This document shows positions 35,009 to 45,857 of a DNA stretch of 64,000 nt, one piece after another. The position numbers were made by a program, and so were the translations under genes. The DNA lies in the NCBI GenBank assembly GCA_964019425.1, contig OZ025781.1, forward strand, positions 868,001 to 932,000, read 5' to 3'. This DNA comes from Flectonema sp. DT1601. Its lineage: Eukaryota. The notes under the pieces were generated by a model. The model had not been told where the DNA came from, searched no databases, and saw nothing but the letters and a program-made list of their open reading frames with translations. Each line of letters opens with the position of its first letter. Positions within the stretch are counted from its first letter, which is position 1.

Positions 35009-36176
35009 TGCATGTGCAACATATTCTGTGGTTTTATTTCCTATAAAATACTTACGGCTACTCTGTTTGTAAACATTTCCTTTGAACAGTTACGGATATT
35101 AACTTCTCAAGGATAAGAATTAACAAAAGCAAGAAAAAAAGCCAATCCGCCTCTTATTTTTTTACAATTAATGAAGTTCGTGCCAGACTACTGCCCAGTA
35201 GAAGAAAGGAACGCAACAGTTTCAATTATCGTTTAATTCCCCTAATTCACAATTTCTATTAGCCTGATATACTGCCATCCAGCAGGTTTGCACCTAATAC
35301 TAAAACAAGTAATAAAGTTTAAACTGAAAAAATGCACCCAACCCACATTTTTATTTGCTGAAGAAGACAAAAATGATAACGAAACCCTTATTTTCATCTC
35401 AGGGTCGAAATAGCCACCCAAGCATAGCAAAGTAATGCAGAGGTATGCATATAAACGGTAACCCTTATCACTGGGGAAGATAGTCGCTCTTCTCGATTAT
35501 TGATACACACATTCATCCTGTAATAAGAATTAATTTCAAAACATTTCCCGACTATCGATTACTTATTGCGCTTATGTTGGACTTGCCTGCATCTAAAAAA
35601 GAGCCAACACAGACAAGCCTCGAATAACAGAGGAGAGAAATAATATAAGGAAGAGAGGAAATAAACTGCAGCAGATATTTATCAAAATCTACTTTGGTTT
35701 ATGATAACTAAAACATTAAATTGTTTCAAAGAAAGATTCGTGAGATTCAATTTCATATTTCAGTTCACACAAAGCAGTTTTGCGAAAACTGAGTTATCGA
35801 ACTTTCGCAATTGCCTTCAATTACCAAGCAATTATTAAATAACAACATGGCGTACTCCACACTACTAATGAATAAATTATAAATATAGTTTTAAATCAAG
35901 AAGAACAAGTCAGCTGATTATGAAAGATTACGTACAATAAACCATGCGTACTGAGATGGCTCTGTTCTTACAGCCTAGTGCATTGCGAGAACATACTCAA
36001 GCAACTATGCGATTACTTCGAAAAGAATGTTTTTATCAAAGACAACATGATTTGGACGTGAAACGTTATCAAAACAACAAAAAGGAAACAAACAAATGAT
36101 ATTATCACACAAACAACGAGCCGCTTACTGCGGACGTCGCGCCCGAACAATGAGTTCAGGCTCCTCCGCTACAACT

Positions 36177-39083
36177 TCACCAGGCAACCGAAACACAGTT
36201 CGGAGCAGAAAGGGTCATCTTCGGAGCAGACTTACCATTCACTGTGATTGTAACATCAGCGAGGGTTCCCGTAGTGAGGCAAAGCTTCCACTGCTTCTGG
36301 TCGTTGCTGAGCTCACCAACGACCCCCGGAATGAACACCGGCAGCGAGTACTCTTCGCTAGTCGCGTACGCAGGGTCGAACGAAACAATTCCCTCAGGAA
36401 GGTTCACAACCTGCTTCGTCATCGCCAACATCGCATGCCACACGGTCATGTAGTAACCGTAGTGGGAAGTGAAGTAATTCGATCCTGGAAACCTTCCGTA
36501 GTTCCCTCTGAGAATTCCTGCAGCATTCCAAACATCATTCAAACCGGTACGGATTCTCTTGAACGGCGTCTCGGTTTCTGACAACGCGCGTTCCACATCG
36601 CTGCTCGTCTTCGCATTGCGGAGCAACAAGGCCCCGTGATCACCGTTAGCCATCATCCAGATGTCAGGGTCCGTGTGCCCAGAACGTCCAGTTAGAATCT
36701 GGAGACCGACACCATCGAAGTTCACTTTCTGCTCAGTCTCCAAGTGCTTCATAAGTCTCGTCTCGTTCACAAGTGTCTCCAAACCGACAGTGTACGCCAA
36801 CACCTGCGCATAGAAAGTGTCAGCCATGATGGTTCCGTTTCCTCCATAGTACGCCATGTAAGCGCCAAGTTCTTCATTCCACATCAGGTTCTCAAACGAC
36901 TCTTGTGCAGCCTTCGCAGCGTCGTTGTACTTCTCGGCCCCGGCAGTATCATCCATGAACACGCACAGCTCAGCCATACTTCTCATAGCAAGAATGTGGA
37001 ATACAGCAGAGTAAGAACAGGTTTCGTACTGGTTGAGGGCGAGCACGTCGTAGGTGGTCTGCAACTTGTACGGCAGATTGTGGAATGTCGAGACGGAGAT
37101 GTGCCAGTCGGCAGCCTTCTTCGCAGTTGGGAACCACTCTTTCACAAAGTCCTGGTCGTTGTTCCATCTCAGAAGCTCCAACAAGTAAACAATGTACATC
37201 GAAGATACGTCAGACATCACTCTTCCGCAACCGTGCTCGAAGTTAGGATCAATTCCACCCATGCAGCCACACGCCAACTGCTCTTGGATCATTCCGTTAG
37301 CGAGCTGTGCCTTACCCCATCCGACTACCTTGCTCTTCGTTGACTCAGGGAATAACATGATGTACGGAATGTGACGCTCACCGTCGTTGTGAACAGAGTC
37401 CACGTTTACACAGTCGTAGGCCTCCCACTGTCTCCAACGTCCGTCGTGGAACCACATCGCAGATCTCATGTGGTGAAGCTGACCAATCAATGTGTCTGAC
37501 AACCAAACAGGAAGGGTGCTCTTCAGAAGCGGATTTTGGATAGCAAGTGCATCGCCAACAGCATCCGTCAACCCAGACATCAGCTGCTCAGCCGAGTCCG
37601 TCGCCGATGTAAACAATTTAGTGTATTGGTTGCCCAGCATTTGGTTCAAGTAGTTGTGGTTAGGGAAGTAGTACCCAAGGACAATCGTCAAAGTCACCGT
37701 CTCACCAGCTGCCACAGTCTCGTTCACGGACAGAGAGATCGAGTCGTCCAGTGCTACTGTATTGTCGAGGAACCCGTCAGCAGAAAACTGTCCAAATGAC
37801 TTCTTTGAACCACTTCCCATAGTGACCTTCCCCCCAGTACCGCACAGCGTGTACCCTCCAGACATCGCAGCGGCGCCCCTCTTGTCAAGACCGACACACT
37901 GCGGGCTCTTCTTCGACACCGTTACGGGAGTGCCGCTGTTCACTCCGTCCATAAATGCGTAGTACGGCATCTCCTTGATCAACGAACAGGTGTTCTTAAC
38001 CAGCTTCCAACTACCACACGCCGCATCGGCAGTGCACTTGGACATGCAAGCAACTTCTGAATCGGTGCTGAAGGTCGACAACACCGTACCGTTCCTGTCG
38101 ATGTTCTCGTTGTACGTTGGCAGGTTGAAAAGAGAGGCCACGTTCACAGGCTTTGAACCCTTGTTGGTGAACACCATCGAGAACGCAATAGCAGGGTGGT
38201 GCGACTTGTTCATGTTGCCGGAAGATAAACGACCGTATCCGAACAGGGAAATGTCTACGTTCGGTTGTGCGGCATCCTTCACCTGCAGACGGGTCATCGG
38301 TGGCGAACCCCCGAAGTGCATCTCCGACACCCCCGATCCCGAAACGGATCCCTCAGGCTGAGTCTGAAGAACGCGTGACCAGGTCTTCGGACCATCTTGG
38401 ACACGGGCAGCGAAGAATGCGTGCTTTTGCTTTGGGAGTTTAGCGGAACCACCAGGGCTGTTGTTCTCAACAGTCCAGGCAGTGAGGGTTCCGTCGGCAC
38501 GCAGTTCGATCGTACCCGTGGCGAGACCTCCCAAAGGCGGGGCAGATCTAATTCCAATTGCAGGGTGCGCATCGTCCTCACCGTAAGACATTCTCACAAC
38601 ACGAGAGGACAACGGAAAGGTTGAGGTGATCCCAGTCGGTATTCCATTCTTAAGGTAGCAGCAGTTGCCTCCCTTCTCACAACTTCCAAATTTTAAAGGG
38701 GCTTTTGGGGCAAACACCCACGCACGGCAGTCGACGTTTCCATGGCAGGCGTTGTCGCAAGCAGCCTGAGTTGGAACCGTTACCTGCGACAAATCATATC
38801 CAGGCAAGTCAATCCCCTGTTTTGTGGTACTTGGGTTCCATACGTTCACTCTGTCCGAGTATACTTGCGGTGTCAAGCTTATGTCAGCCCAAGCAAATTC
38901 TGCCTTGGTTATGTTCTCAGGCTCGAGGTACAGTCCCTCTTGGATTACAATTGCAGTCCCGCTGGTGTTCGTCCAAACTCCTTCATTCAGAAACGATGCC
39001 GACTGCAGCATCTCAGTCAGGTCGGCGCCGGCAGCCTGGGAGAGACCCAGTGTCAGTGCCGCGACAGCGGATGGAATTCTCAT
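36177..39083 (-). CDS. Secreted GH116-like (GBA2-type) glycoside hydrolase with two PAN/Apple domains
   Basis: Signal peptide. PLGGLATGTIELRADG (GH116 N-domain), WRQWEAYDC and QTTYD (candidate catalytic Glu/Asp). PAN motifs GIDLPGYDL...CRAWVF...CYLK and IDRNG...CGSW...CSL. Confidence 0.8.
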   Translation of the reverse strand: MRIPSAVAALTLGLSQAAGADLTEMLQSASFLNEGVWTNTSGTAIVIQEGLYLEPENITKAEFAWADISLTPQVYSDRVNVWNPSTTKQGIDLPGYDLSQVTVPTQAACDNACHGNVDCRAWVFAPKAPLKFGSCEKGGNCCYLKNGIPTGITSTFPLSSRVVRMSYGEDDAHPAIGIRSAPPLGGLATGTIELRADGTLTAWTVENNSPGGSAKLPKQKHAFFAARVQDGPKTWSRVLQTQPEGSVSGSGVSEMHFGGSPPMTRLQVKDAAQPNVDISLFGYGRLSSGNMNKSHHPAIAFSMVFTNKGSKPVNVASLFNLPTYNENIDRNGTVLSTFSTDSEVACMSKCTADAACGSWKLVKNTCSLIKEMPYYAFMDGVNSGTPVTVSKKSPQCVGLDKRGAAAMSGGYTLCGTGGKVTMGSGSKKSFGQFSADGFLDNTVALDDSISLSVNETVAAGETVTLTIVLGYYFPNHNYLNQMLGNQYTKLFTSATDSAEQLMSGLTDAVGDALAIQNPLLKSTLPVWLSDTLIGQLHHMRSAMWFHDGRWRQWEAYDCVNVDSVHNDGERHIPYIMLFPESTKSKVVGWGKAQLANGMIQEQLACGCMGGIDPNFEHGCGRVMSDVSSMYIVYLLELLRWNNDQDFVKEWFPTAKKAADWHISVSTFHNLPYKLQTTYDVLALNQYETCSYSAVFHILAMRSMAELCVFMDDTAGAEKYNDAAKAAQESFENLMWNEELGAYMAYYGGNGTIMADTFYAQVLAYTVGLETLVNETRLMKHLETEQKVNFDGVGLQILTGRSGHTDPDIWMMANGDHGALLLRNAKTSSDVERALSETETPFKRIRTGLNDVWNAAGILRGNYGRFPGSNYFTSHYGYYMTVWHAMLAMTKQVVNLPEGIVSFDPAYATSEEYSLPVFIPGVVGELSNDQKQWKLCLTTGTLADVTITVNGKSAPKMTLSAPNCVSVAW

Positions 39084-40750
39084 GTTTTTGGTGAAGCTGA
39101 AACAATAAAACTAAACTATCACGGAGTAAAATGTTGTTGACCTGCTGGAGATTAAAAAAATGCCAAACTCACGGTCGACTACCCGAAAGGCAGAAGCGAT
39201 TTCCGTAGCAAAAATCCCATAATTGCGTTTTTTTTGCTAATCCTTGTTAAATATAAATGCTGCATAAGTACAGTTCTACTTCAATATAAAATTTAGAAAC
39301 TACATAACAGTGAAGTATGAGTGTTGTTTGTACAGAAAAACGAACTCAGCGAATAGAGGGTTTTAGATTGGCAGCAACTTATGCTAAGTCTCAAATAGTC
39401 GGAGCTTGTCCAAAAGGTCAAGTAGGCAATTAATGAAAGTGCTGTTGACTGTCCATTCTTGTTACTGCTTCCATTGTGTGCTGAGCTTGCTCATGCTGTT
39501 CTCGACGTGAGTAACACAATGTTCAGCTGATGAAGCCGGAAAACTGTTTGATGATTTAGAGAGCGTCTAATAGAAAAACTACACGAATAGTAACAGATAT
39601 TAAGGAACAGAACGAAACTCTTTTTTGCTGTGTCTTCAAAACAGAACTGAGACAACGCGGAGAATCGGAAAAAGTGAAGTCGTCCCAAAGGAGATCTCAT
39701 TCATTTATCATTCAAACATTCTTCGAACAGGGAAGGACAAGAAGCATTTTATTAAAACTGATTACGACCGTAGATACAATCAATCATACTTTTAAAGGCA
39801 GTGGCCCAAATATACCTCTTTTTGTTAAATGGCTCAAAATATAACGGAATGGCTGAGATGGATTGGTTCTCAACCAAGGGAAGGAATTATTTAGGGTAAG
39901 GCTCAAATACTCAAAAAAAAACCACCAAGTCAAGAAATAATAATAATGACTCTCCCGAAATTCGTGGTGTACCGACCTATGCAGACCCCAGGGGGCACAG
40001 TCAGGCCAGAACCTAACCACGGGTTCGGTGTATTTTGGGCCATAGCCCCACCTTTTAATATTAGGTAGCTATCAGGCGATATGTAAATAAACCATCCCTC
40101 TTACTTAATAAATTATCCGTTAGTCTCTAACTAGCTAACTGGAGGATTTTAATCAGGAATGAATGAACCAATGGCTGTTCTGCGGGATTCATATTTTACA
40201 AAGTTACAGACTTACAATATTCTAATTAATTTGATGCAGAGAAATTGTAAACTGAGCTTGTTGATATTGTTAACAGAATATTAGCATCAGCACCTTATCA
40301 AGATGAAACAAAACAAAAGGGTACGAAAACAACGCGGACAAGGCCGGCAGCTGAGTTCTTCAGTTTCAAAGTTCAGATAGGGGCCCTGCTTTTCTGACTT
40401 TGTATCAATAGCTCAGTTATGTAGTCAACAGAAAAATGAACCCTCGTAAGAGTTGTACTGGGTAGTGATCGCATACAAACCTTCACGGTGTGATGGTGGA
40501 AAGAAAAAGATTATCCACCGAGTTGGTTATCAAACTACATGAGAGCGATAAGCTCTTTTCATCTTTTTAGAAGAAGAAAACAATTAAAGTCTACAAAATA
40601 ACGAACGATGGAAAATTACCAGATGAAATAAAAAGACAGTAGCAGAACTATAAAAACAGAATAAGAACAAAATAGGAAGCCAGCATCGACTCATTAATTA
40701 ATTAACAAAAGAAAATATACGAATTATATCTTTTGCTGCACTTCTGTCAC

Positions 40751-41921
40751 TCATAGAGCCGTAACAGACGGATGAACCACCCGAGGCCTCGGCGGGGGTG
40801 AGACACTTACGATCGGAGACATGCTGCCACGGTACCCAGGAGACTTGGTTCTGTAATTCGCAAGAGACTTAACCGAGTGATTCCGAGATAAGTTATCTCG
40901 GGACGGGTCTCTACCGAGAGGGTTGGATGTTCTGTTTTGTGTTAAATTAAAACGACCTAATTTCACAATTCATTGAGTGACGCTGCTACACGGTGCGTAC
41001 CGTGCTGCCAACATCTACCCAACTAGAGTAACAAATAATAAACCTACAGTAAGTAATAAACATACAATCTTGCATGACGCATTGAATCCTTGCTTCCCCT
41101 TCCTACAGAAGTAGCCACGAGGATGGACTGCTTTTTACCGCTCATGACACTGCTGCTACTGCTGCTATCGTCCTGTTTATTTGTTTATGGTTGTTTAGAG
41201 AATTAGCTGAAAGCAATAAAATCAGTTTCAAGTGATAGAATAATGAATTACATACGTCATTACTCACTTTTACGATAGGAATACTAAAGTCAAGTGACAC
41301 ATTTCTTTTCAGATCGTTAAGCTGCATTGATGCCGCAGGCAAAGCTGCAGCAACCGAAGCAGCTCGCAGAGTTTTCTCGCGGGTTCGGAAGAAAGCAACA
41401 AGCCACACTGCACAACAACAAAGAAGTAAAACAACAACAACAACTAAGATAATGAGGACCACACGAAGGCTGCTCGAGTCTCCATCACTTTCTGCAGCGC
41501 GTTGGCAATCGTTACATTGAATAGGACAATACTGCCAACCCTGACTGCCTTTTAAAATTGGATTTAATCCTGATAAGTCAGCCTGACACCAGCTCAGCTG
41601 GGCAACTTGCACACAGTTGATTCCCAAAGAAGCGGTGTCCTTGTTCTTACACTTAGGAAAACTAATCGGAGCTTGGTCTGGTATATCTGCTGTACCTAAA
41701 GTCGGAATAAGTGTCGGAGGCACATCCGTTTTCGGTATCGGTGTCGGGACACTAGTTGGTCCTTTGATAGGCACAGTAGTTGGAGCAGCCGCAGCGGTTG
41801 GATCGCCGGGAGAAGTCATTGGAACATTTGTAGGAGAGCCACTGGTTGGTACTAAACATTCAACTGCTCTAGTCATCAGCATCAGCACAAGTAGCACGAC
41901 TTCCGACACCCGTCTAACCAT
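40751..41921 (-). CDS. Type I membrane protein with Pro/Thr stalk and ShKT-like domain, 3 exons (41921-41256, 41172-41066, 40931-40751)
   Basis: Signal peptide, PT-rich repeats, six-Cys CKNKD...C...WC...YCPIQCNDC, TM followed by CCC. Two GTATGT...AACAG introns keep the frame. Confidence 0.75.
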
Positions 41922-42469
41922 CTTGTATTAGTGGTGCCACCGTGCCTATGGAATAAAAAGTGTTGCATGCTTGGGATAAAGCTTCGCCAGCAAAAAATAA
42001 ATACAAAGAATAGCCCGTAAGTAAATCCCTTTGTGTAACTGCACTAAGAACCCACAAACTATAACTTCACTGGAAAGAGAGAACAAATATCGTCTGTCTC
42101 ATTGAACAATTCTTCTGTGCATTCACGTGTTACATTCCTGTTGATGAATATTACAATAAAAAAAAAGCGGGAAAAAATCGAAAAATGGTCTCAGACCGGT
42201 GGCCCAAAATCGGTCATCCTTGCGGCATGATGAACTTACTGACCGAGGAACCACCACTAATTATTATGCTACCATGTGCATTGAAATATTCGGATTGGAA
42301 AAGGATAGATTTAAGCGTGTGATCGGTGATAAGAAAGAAGGACCTGATTCCATAACTTTGCATTGCGGGATTTCTGTTCCTTGCTAACCTATTTGTGTTG
42401 TTGTCTGGAGACTCAACCATGTCGCAGAAGGGACTGATACAGGCCTGAACAAGAGTCAAGTTAGGAAAT

Positions 42470-43798
42470 TTATTTCAAAACAAAAGTATCGAGAAATAAT
42501 TTCTCCTCAACGAAAGCATCAACATTGTCCTCTAGCAGTCTGGAAAGTCTTTTTAAGAATTCTTGTTGTCCCAAAGTGCGTTCTACATTAACCACCCAAT
42601 ACAAACTTTTTGAATACATCTCCCCATTGAACACATCGTGGTTATCAACAGCGTCGGCTTCTTCTTTTTTGTCTGCTTGCGTAGTCTTTTTATCCTTCTT
42701 CTTGGAGTTGGTTTTCTTTCTTACTTCCGGCTCAGGTTTTTTCTTCTTTTCGAGTTCTACAGGTGCCGTGGAGCCTTCAACATTTGTTGGAAGCGAACAC
42801 TTGCGTCCCAAAAAAGAGTCAGCGAGGATTTTTTCGAAGTACTGAGCGAGGCCTTCCTTGACCCAAAAATCGAAGCCAACCAGGTTGCCCATCCACATAT
42901 GGGCAATTTCGTGCATAAGTAGCTCAACCAGCGAGTCGTTACTAACTTTTTTCCCTTTGGCAGGAGCTGTTTCAGTTCCATCTAAGAATATAAGACCGTG
43001 GTTTTCCATACCACCGATACACAGCTTTGGTACTACCACAACATCCAACTTAGAAAGTGGAAAGTCCAACTGCACATAATCTGAACATTCTTGTACACCT
43101 TTACAAGCAGCATCCAATATTAATTGAATTGGGTACTTCTTATGTCCCGAAGATACAAAGACTGTAATTGGTAATACTGAACCACTTGACAGTTCAAGGT
43201 CTTTATTAACTGACATGATTCCACAACCGAAAACTGCAAAGGCCAAGACGTACACTGGGATGGGAGGCGTTTCCTCGAATTCAACGACCTTTTCCGATTT
43301 TGACGTCTTTTCAGATCTCGTTGGCTGATTACTTAATATCGTCGCATTTGCCATACCGACAACAGTGATTGAAACTTTATACGGAACACGTACCGTTGAT
43401 ATATCAAAACAAGGAAAGGCCCTTCTAGCGTGAGTAACTTCAAAATGGGTTTGCACAACACTGGTATCTGATCCCGAGTAGTGGATTCCAACAGTTCCTT
43501 TTATTTGACCCTTAAAAGCAAAGTACAGTTCAGCCCTCCCCTCATTTATATTTTCCGCAGTTTTCAGCGTCAGCAGCCCGTCACCACAATTCTCCGTCCC
43601 ACCAAGTTTGACAGGCTTCTTATACTGAGAGACCTTCAGTGAAGTTATTTCGATATCTAGAGCATGCAATTTAATAAAATTTGTCGGGCTTTCAATGTTA
43701 ACTTGCCAAATCACATTCCCCGTAAAGACGTTGTTAGCTGGATCCAGTCTCCAGGAAACAACACATGATACTGGTACTATACACTCATTAAGAGACAT
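42470..43798 (-). CDS. Short M1-family zinc aminopeptidase-like protein
   Basis: THFEVTHARRAFPCFD, GGMENHGL, HEIAH, WVKEG, MYSK. No C-terminal ERAP1-like domain. Confidence 0.85.
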   Translation of the reverse strand: MSLNECIVPVSCVVSWRLDPANNVFTGNVIWQVNIESPTNFIKLHALDIEITSLKVSQYKKPVKLGGTENCGDGLLTLKTAENINEGRAELYFAFKGQIKGTVGIHYSGSDTSVVQTHFEVTHARRAFPCFDISTVRVPYKVSITVVGMANATILSNQPTRSEKTSKSEKVVEFEETPPIPVYVLAFAVFGCGIMSVNKDLELSSGSVLPITVFVSSGHKKYPIQLILDAACKGVQECSDYVQLDFPLSKLDVVVVPKLCIGGMENHGLIFLDGTETAPAKGKKVSNDSLVELLMHEIAHMWMGNLVGFDFWVKEGLAQYFEKILADSFLGRKCSLPTNVEGSTAPVELEKKKKPEPEVRKKTNSKKKDKKTTQADKKEEADAVDNHDVFNGEMYSKSLYWVVNVERTLGQQEFLKRLSRLLEDNVDAFVEEKLFLDTFVLK

Positions 43799-44718
43799 GT
43801 TCGTGTGGTACCTGCTCAAATTTTAAAAATCTGTTTTACAGAAAACAAAAAATATATAAATATAGTGCCACGCGAGCTACTTGATATTCTGAACTCGAAC
43901 CCACTGAAATAAAAATATTAGGTAGGCGTGCTGTTACCCGCTTTCTTTTACTTCACATGCTGTTCGTTGTCGTTATCGTGAAACACTTAACTACAAACTC
44001 AGAAGGAAACATTCCAGTGGACTGAGGAACGAAACGTACCAAAACTAACCAGACCATGAGGATGGGATGAAAAAGGGAATTTGACGTGACCTGGTTTTGC
44101 TGCAAAATTCCGTAATAAGTTTGCTTATGGAACTCAGTCGGTTATTCTACGCAAAAATCACCTTTTGGTTTTTGGTTCTTTTGTAAGTGCTTGATTCAAC
44201 GCGAAGGAAGAAGGATAAATCTAGAAGTTCACGTTTGTCCGTGCAAGTATAATTAAGAAAAAAGAAAAACCCGTCATCAAAGGTGAAACCGAGGGAACAC
44301 AAATACTACGGATAAGTAGGTCGTAGGTCACATCAGAATACTATTTTTTTTTTTTTTTTTTTGAAAAGAAAATTTAAGATTGGAAACCGAATTCGCAGTA
44401 TAGTAACAGAAAGACTAACAAGACGCAAGATGTCGCTCGTTAAGACGCAGTGATGGTTGCAAAAACAAGTGGAAAACTACCCTAATCGTCATTTCATCAC
44501 ACGGGATACACATAAAAAGGATAGCATTGAAGAATCTCTGCGCACGTGTAGATGTAGAATTTCACTTTGAAACAAATGAGTAGAATCATAAAAAGAGGCT
44601 GGCTAGCTGGTAATTAACTTCTTCTTTCTAAATATTTTGTGTAGCATCAGTAACACAAGTTGTATAAAAGTATAAATTATGACCGAGAATATCTCCTTCT
44701 TCAGTAAGGACACACACA

Positions 44719-45681
44719 TCACGACATCGTATTATACGATTTCGGGGGTCCCCCGTTTCCAAGAGGGTTAGTTTTTGCGACTGACGGCATGATGAGGTCG
44801 CGATTAATCTTACGACGAGTGTCAGCGGATTGGATCGATGGACCTCCCCAACGAGACTGATCCAAGAAGTAACATTTGTATTCAACTCTTCGCATGTCCA
44901 GAACTGGAAGTAACTTTAGGTCTGAACAGTTTGCCACAAATTCCGGGACTGTCTTCCCACTATCAACTAATTCTCTGATGAGGTCTATAAATGAAAGAAG
45001 AGTCGGGTCATCATTCGTATCTCCGATAAAGTCCGGACAAATAATTCCATTCATCGCATTTCGAATAACACAATCAGGAGTATTATCGATGATTAGTGTT
45101 CTGTCCGGATGCCTTCCTGTTAGTGCTAAGTTCTTTGTGTAACACTCATGAGGTGATGCTGGGTACCATTTAGAGTGTCTGTAAATGCAATGTTCGATTA
45201 CTCTGTCGGGGTCAATCGCTGCGATGATACGCTGGGCGTAACTACGGACTCCAGCAGTCCAAACAACGACTTCACAACAAGGGAGAGTCCCAAGAAAGTG
45301 AAGGAATTTGTCAAGATGTGGTCTCTTAACAATTGGCCCCTGGCGACCGAATGCAAGTGTCTCATCTAAGTCTAAAACAATAGTCAGAGTCTCGTTTCTC
45401 AGACGAGTGTAGAGTGGCGGAATCACTAAATACGTCGTCTTCTCCTTTACCATTGAAGGAACTCTCTTGCCCCTCTTTTTTCTCTGTCTCCTTCTTGCCT
45501 CTGTAAAGCTGCAGCATGAACTTGCTCTGCTTCGTCCGTCGTCACAATAATCCTCATCATCCTCTATTTGATCTTTTCTAAATAATCTCACTATTGGTCC
45601 GAACACACGCATTCCCAATTCTCGAAGCTCAAGTTCTGGGATGTCATCAGTATCCGCGTACGCCCCCTGGTAGGCAAACAT
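44719..45681 (-). CDS. FCP/SCP-type (NLI-interacting factor) HAD phosphatase
   Basis: TIVLDLDETL, KRPHL, VVWTAG, YTKNL, IIDN. Confidence 0.92.
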   Translation of the reverse strand: MFAYQGAYADTDDIPELELRELGMRVFGPIVRLFRKDQIEDDEDYCDDGRSRASSCCSFTEARRRQRKKRGKRVPSMVKEKTTYLVIPPLYTRLRNETLTIVLDLDETLAFGRQGPIVKRPHLDKFLHFLGTLPCCEVVVWTAGVRSYAQRIIAAIDPDRVIEHCIYRHSKWYPASPHECYTKNLALTGRHPDRTLIIDNTPDCVIRNAMNGIICPDFIGDTNDDPTLLSFIDLIRELVDSGKTVPEFVANCSDLKLLPVLDMRRVEYKCYFLDQSRWGGPSIQSADTRRKINRDLIMPSVAKTNPLGNGGPPKSYNTMS

Positions 45682-45857
45682 ATTAAATGAAGACTTGCTT
45701 TGAATAGAAAAGTAACAACCGGAGGACTCAAACTCAGTAATCTCTATAAACATCTTATCAAACGAAGTATATTAATATTATAAAATACAATGCAAGTCTT
45801 TGGTAATGCTGTAGCACTCTGTGAAAGTTTTATGTTCCTCTGTTTCAGACGGATACT

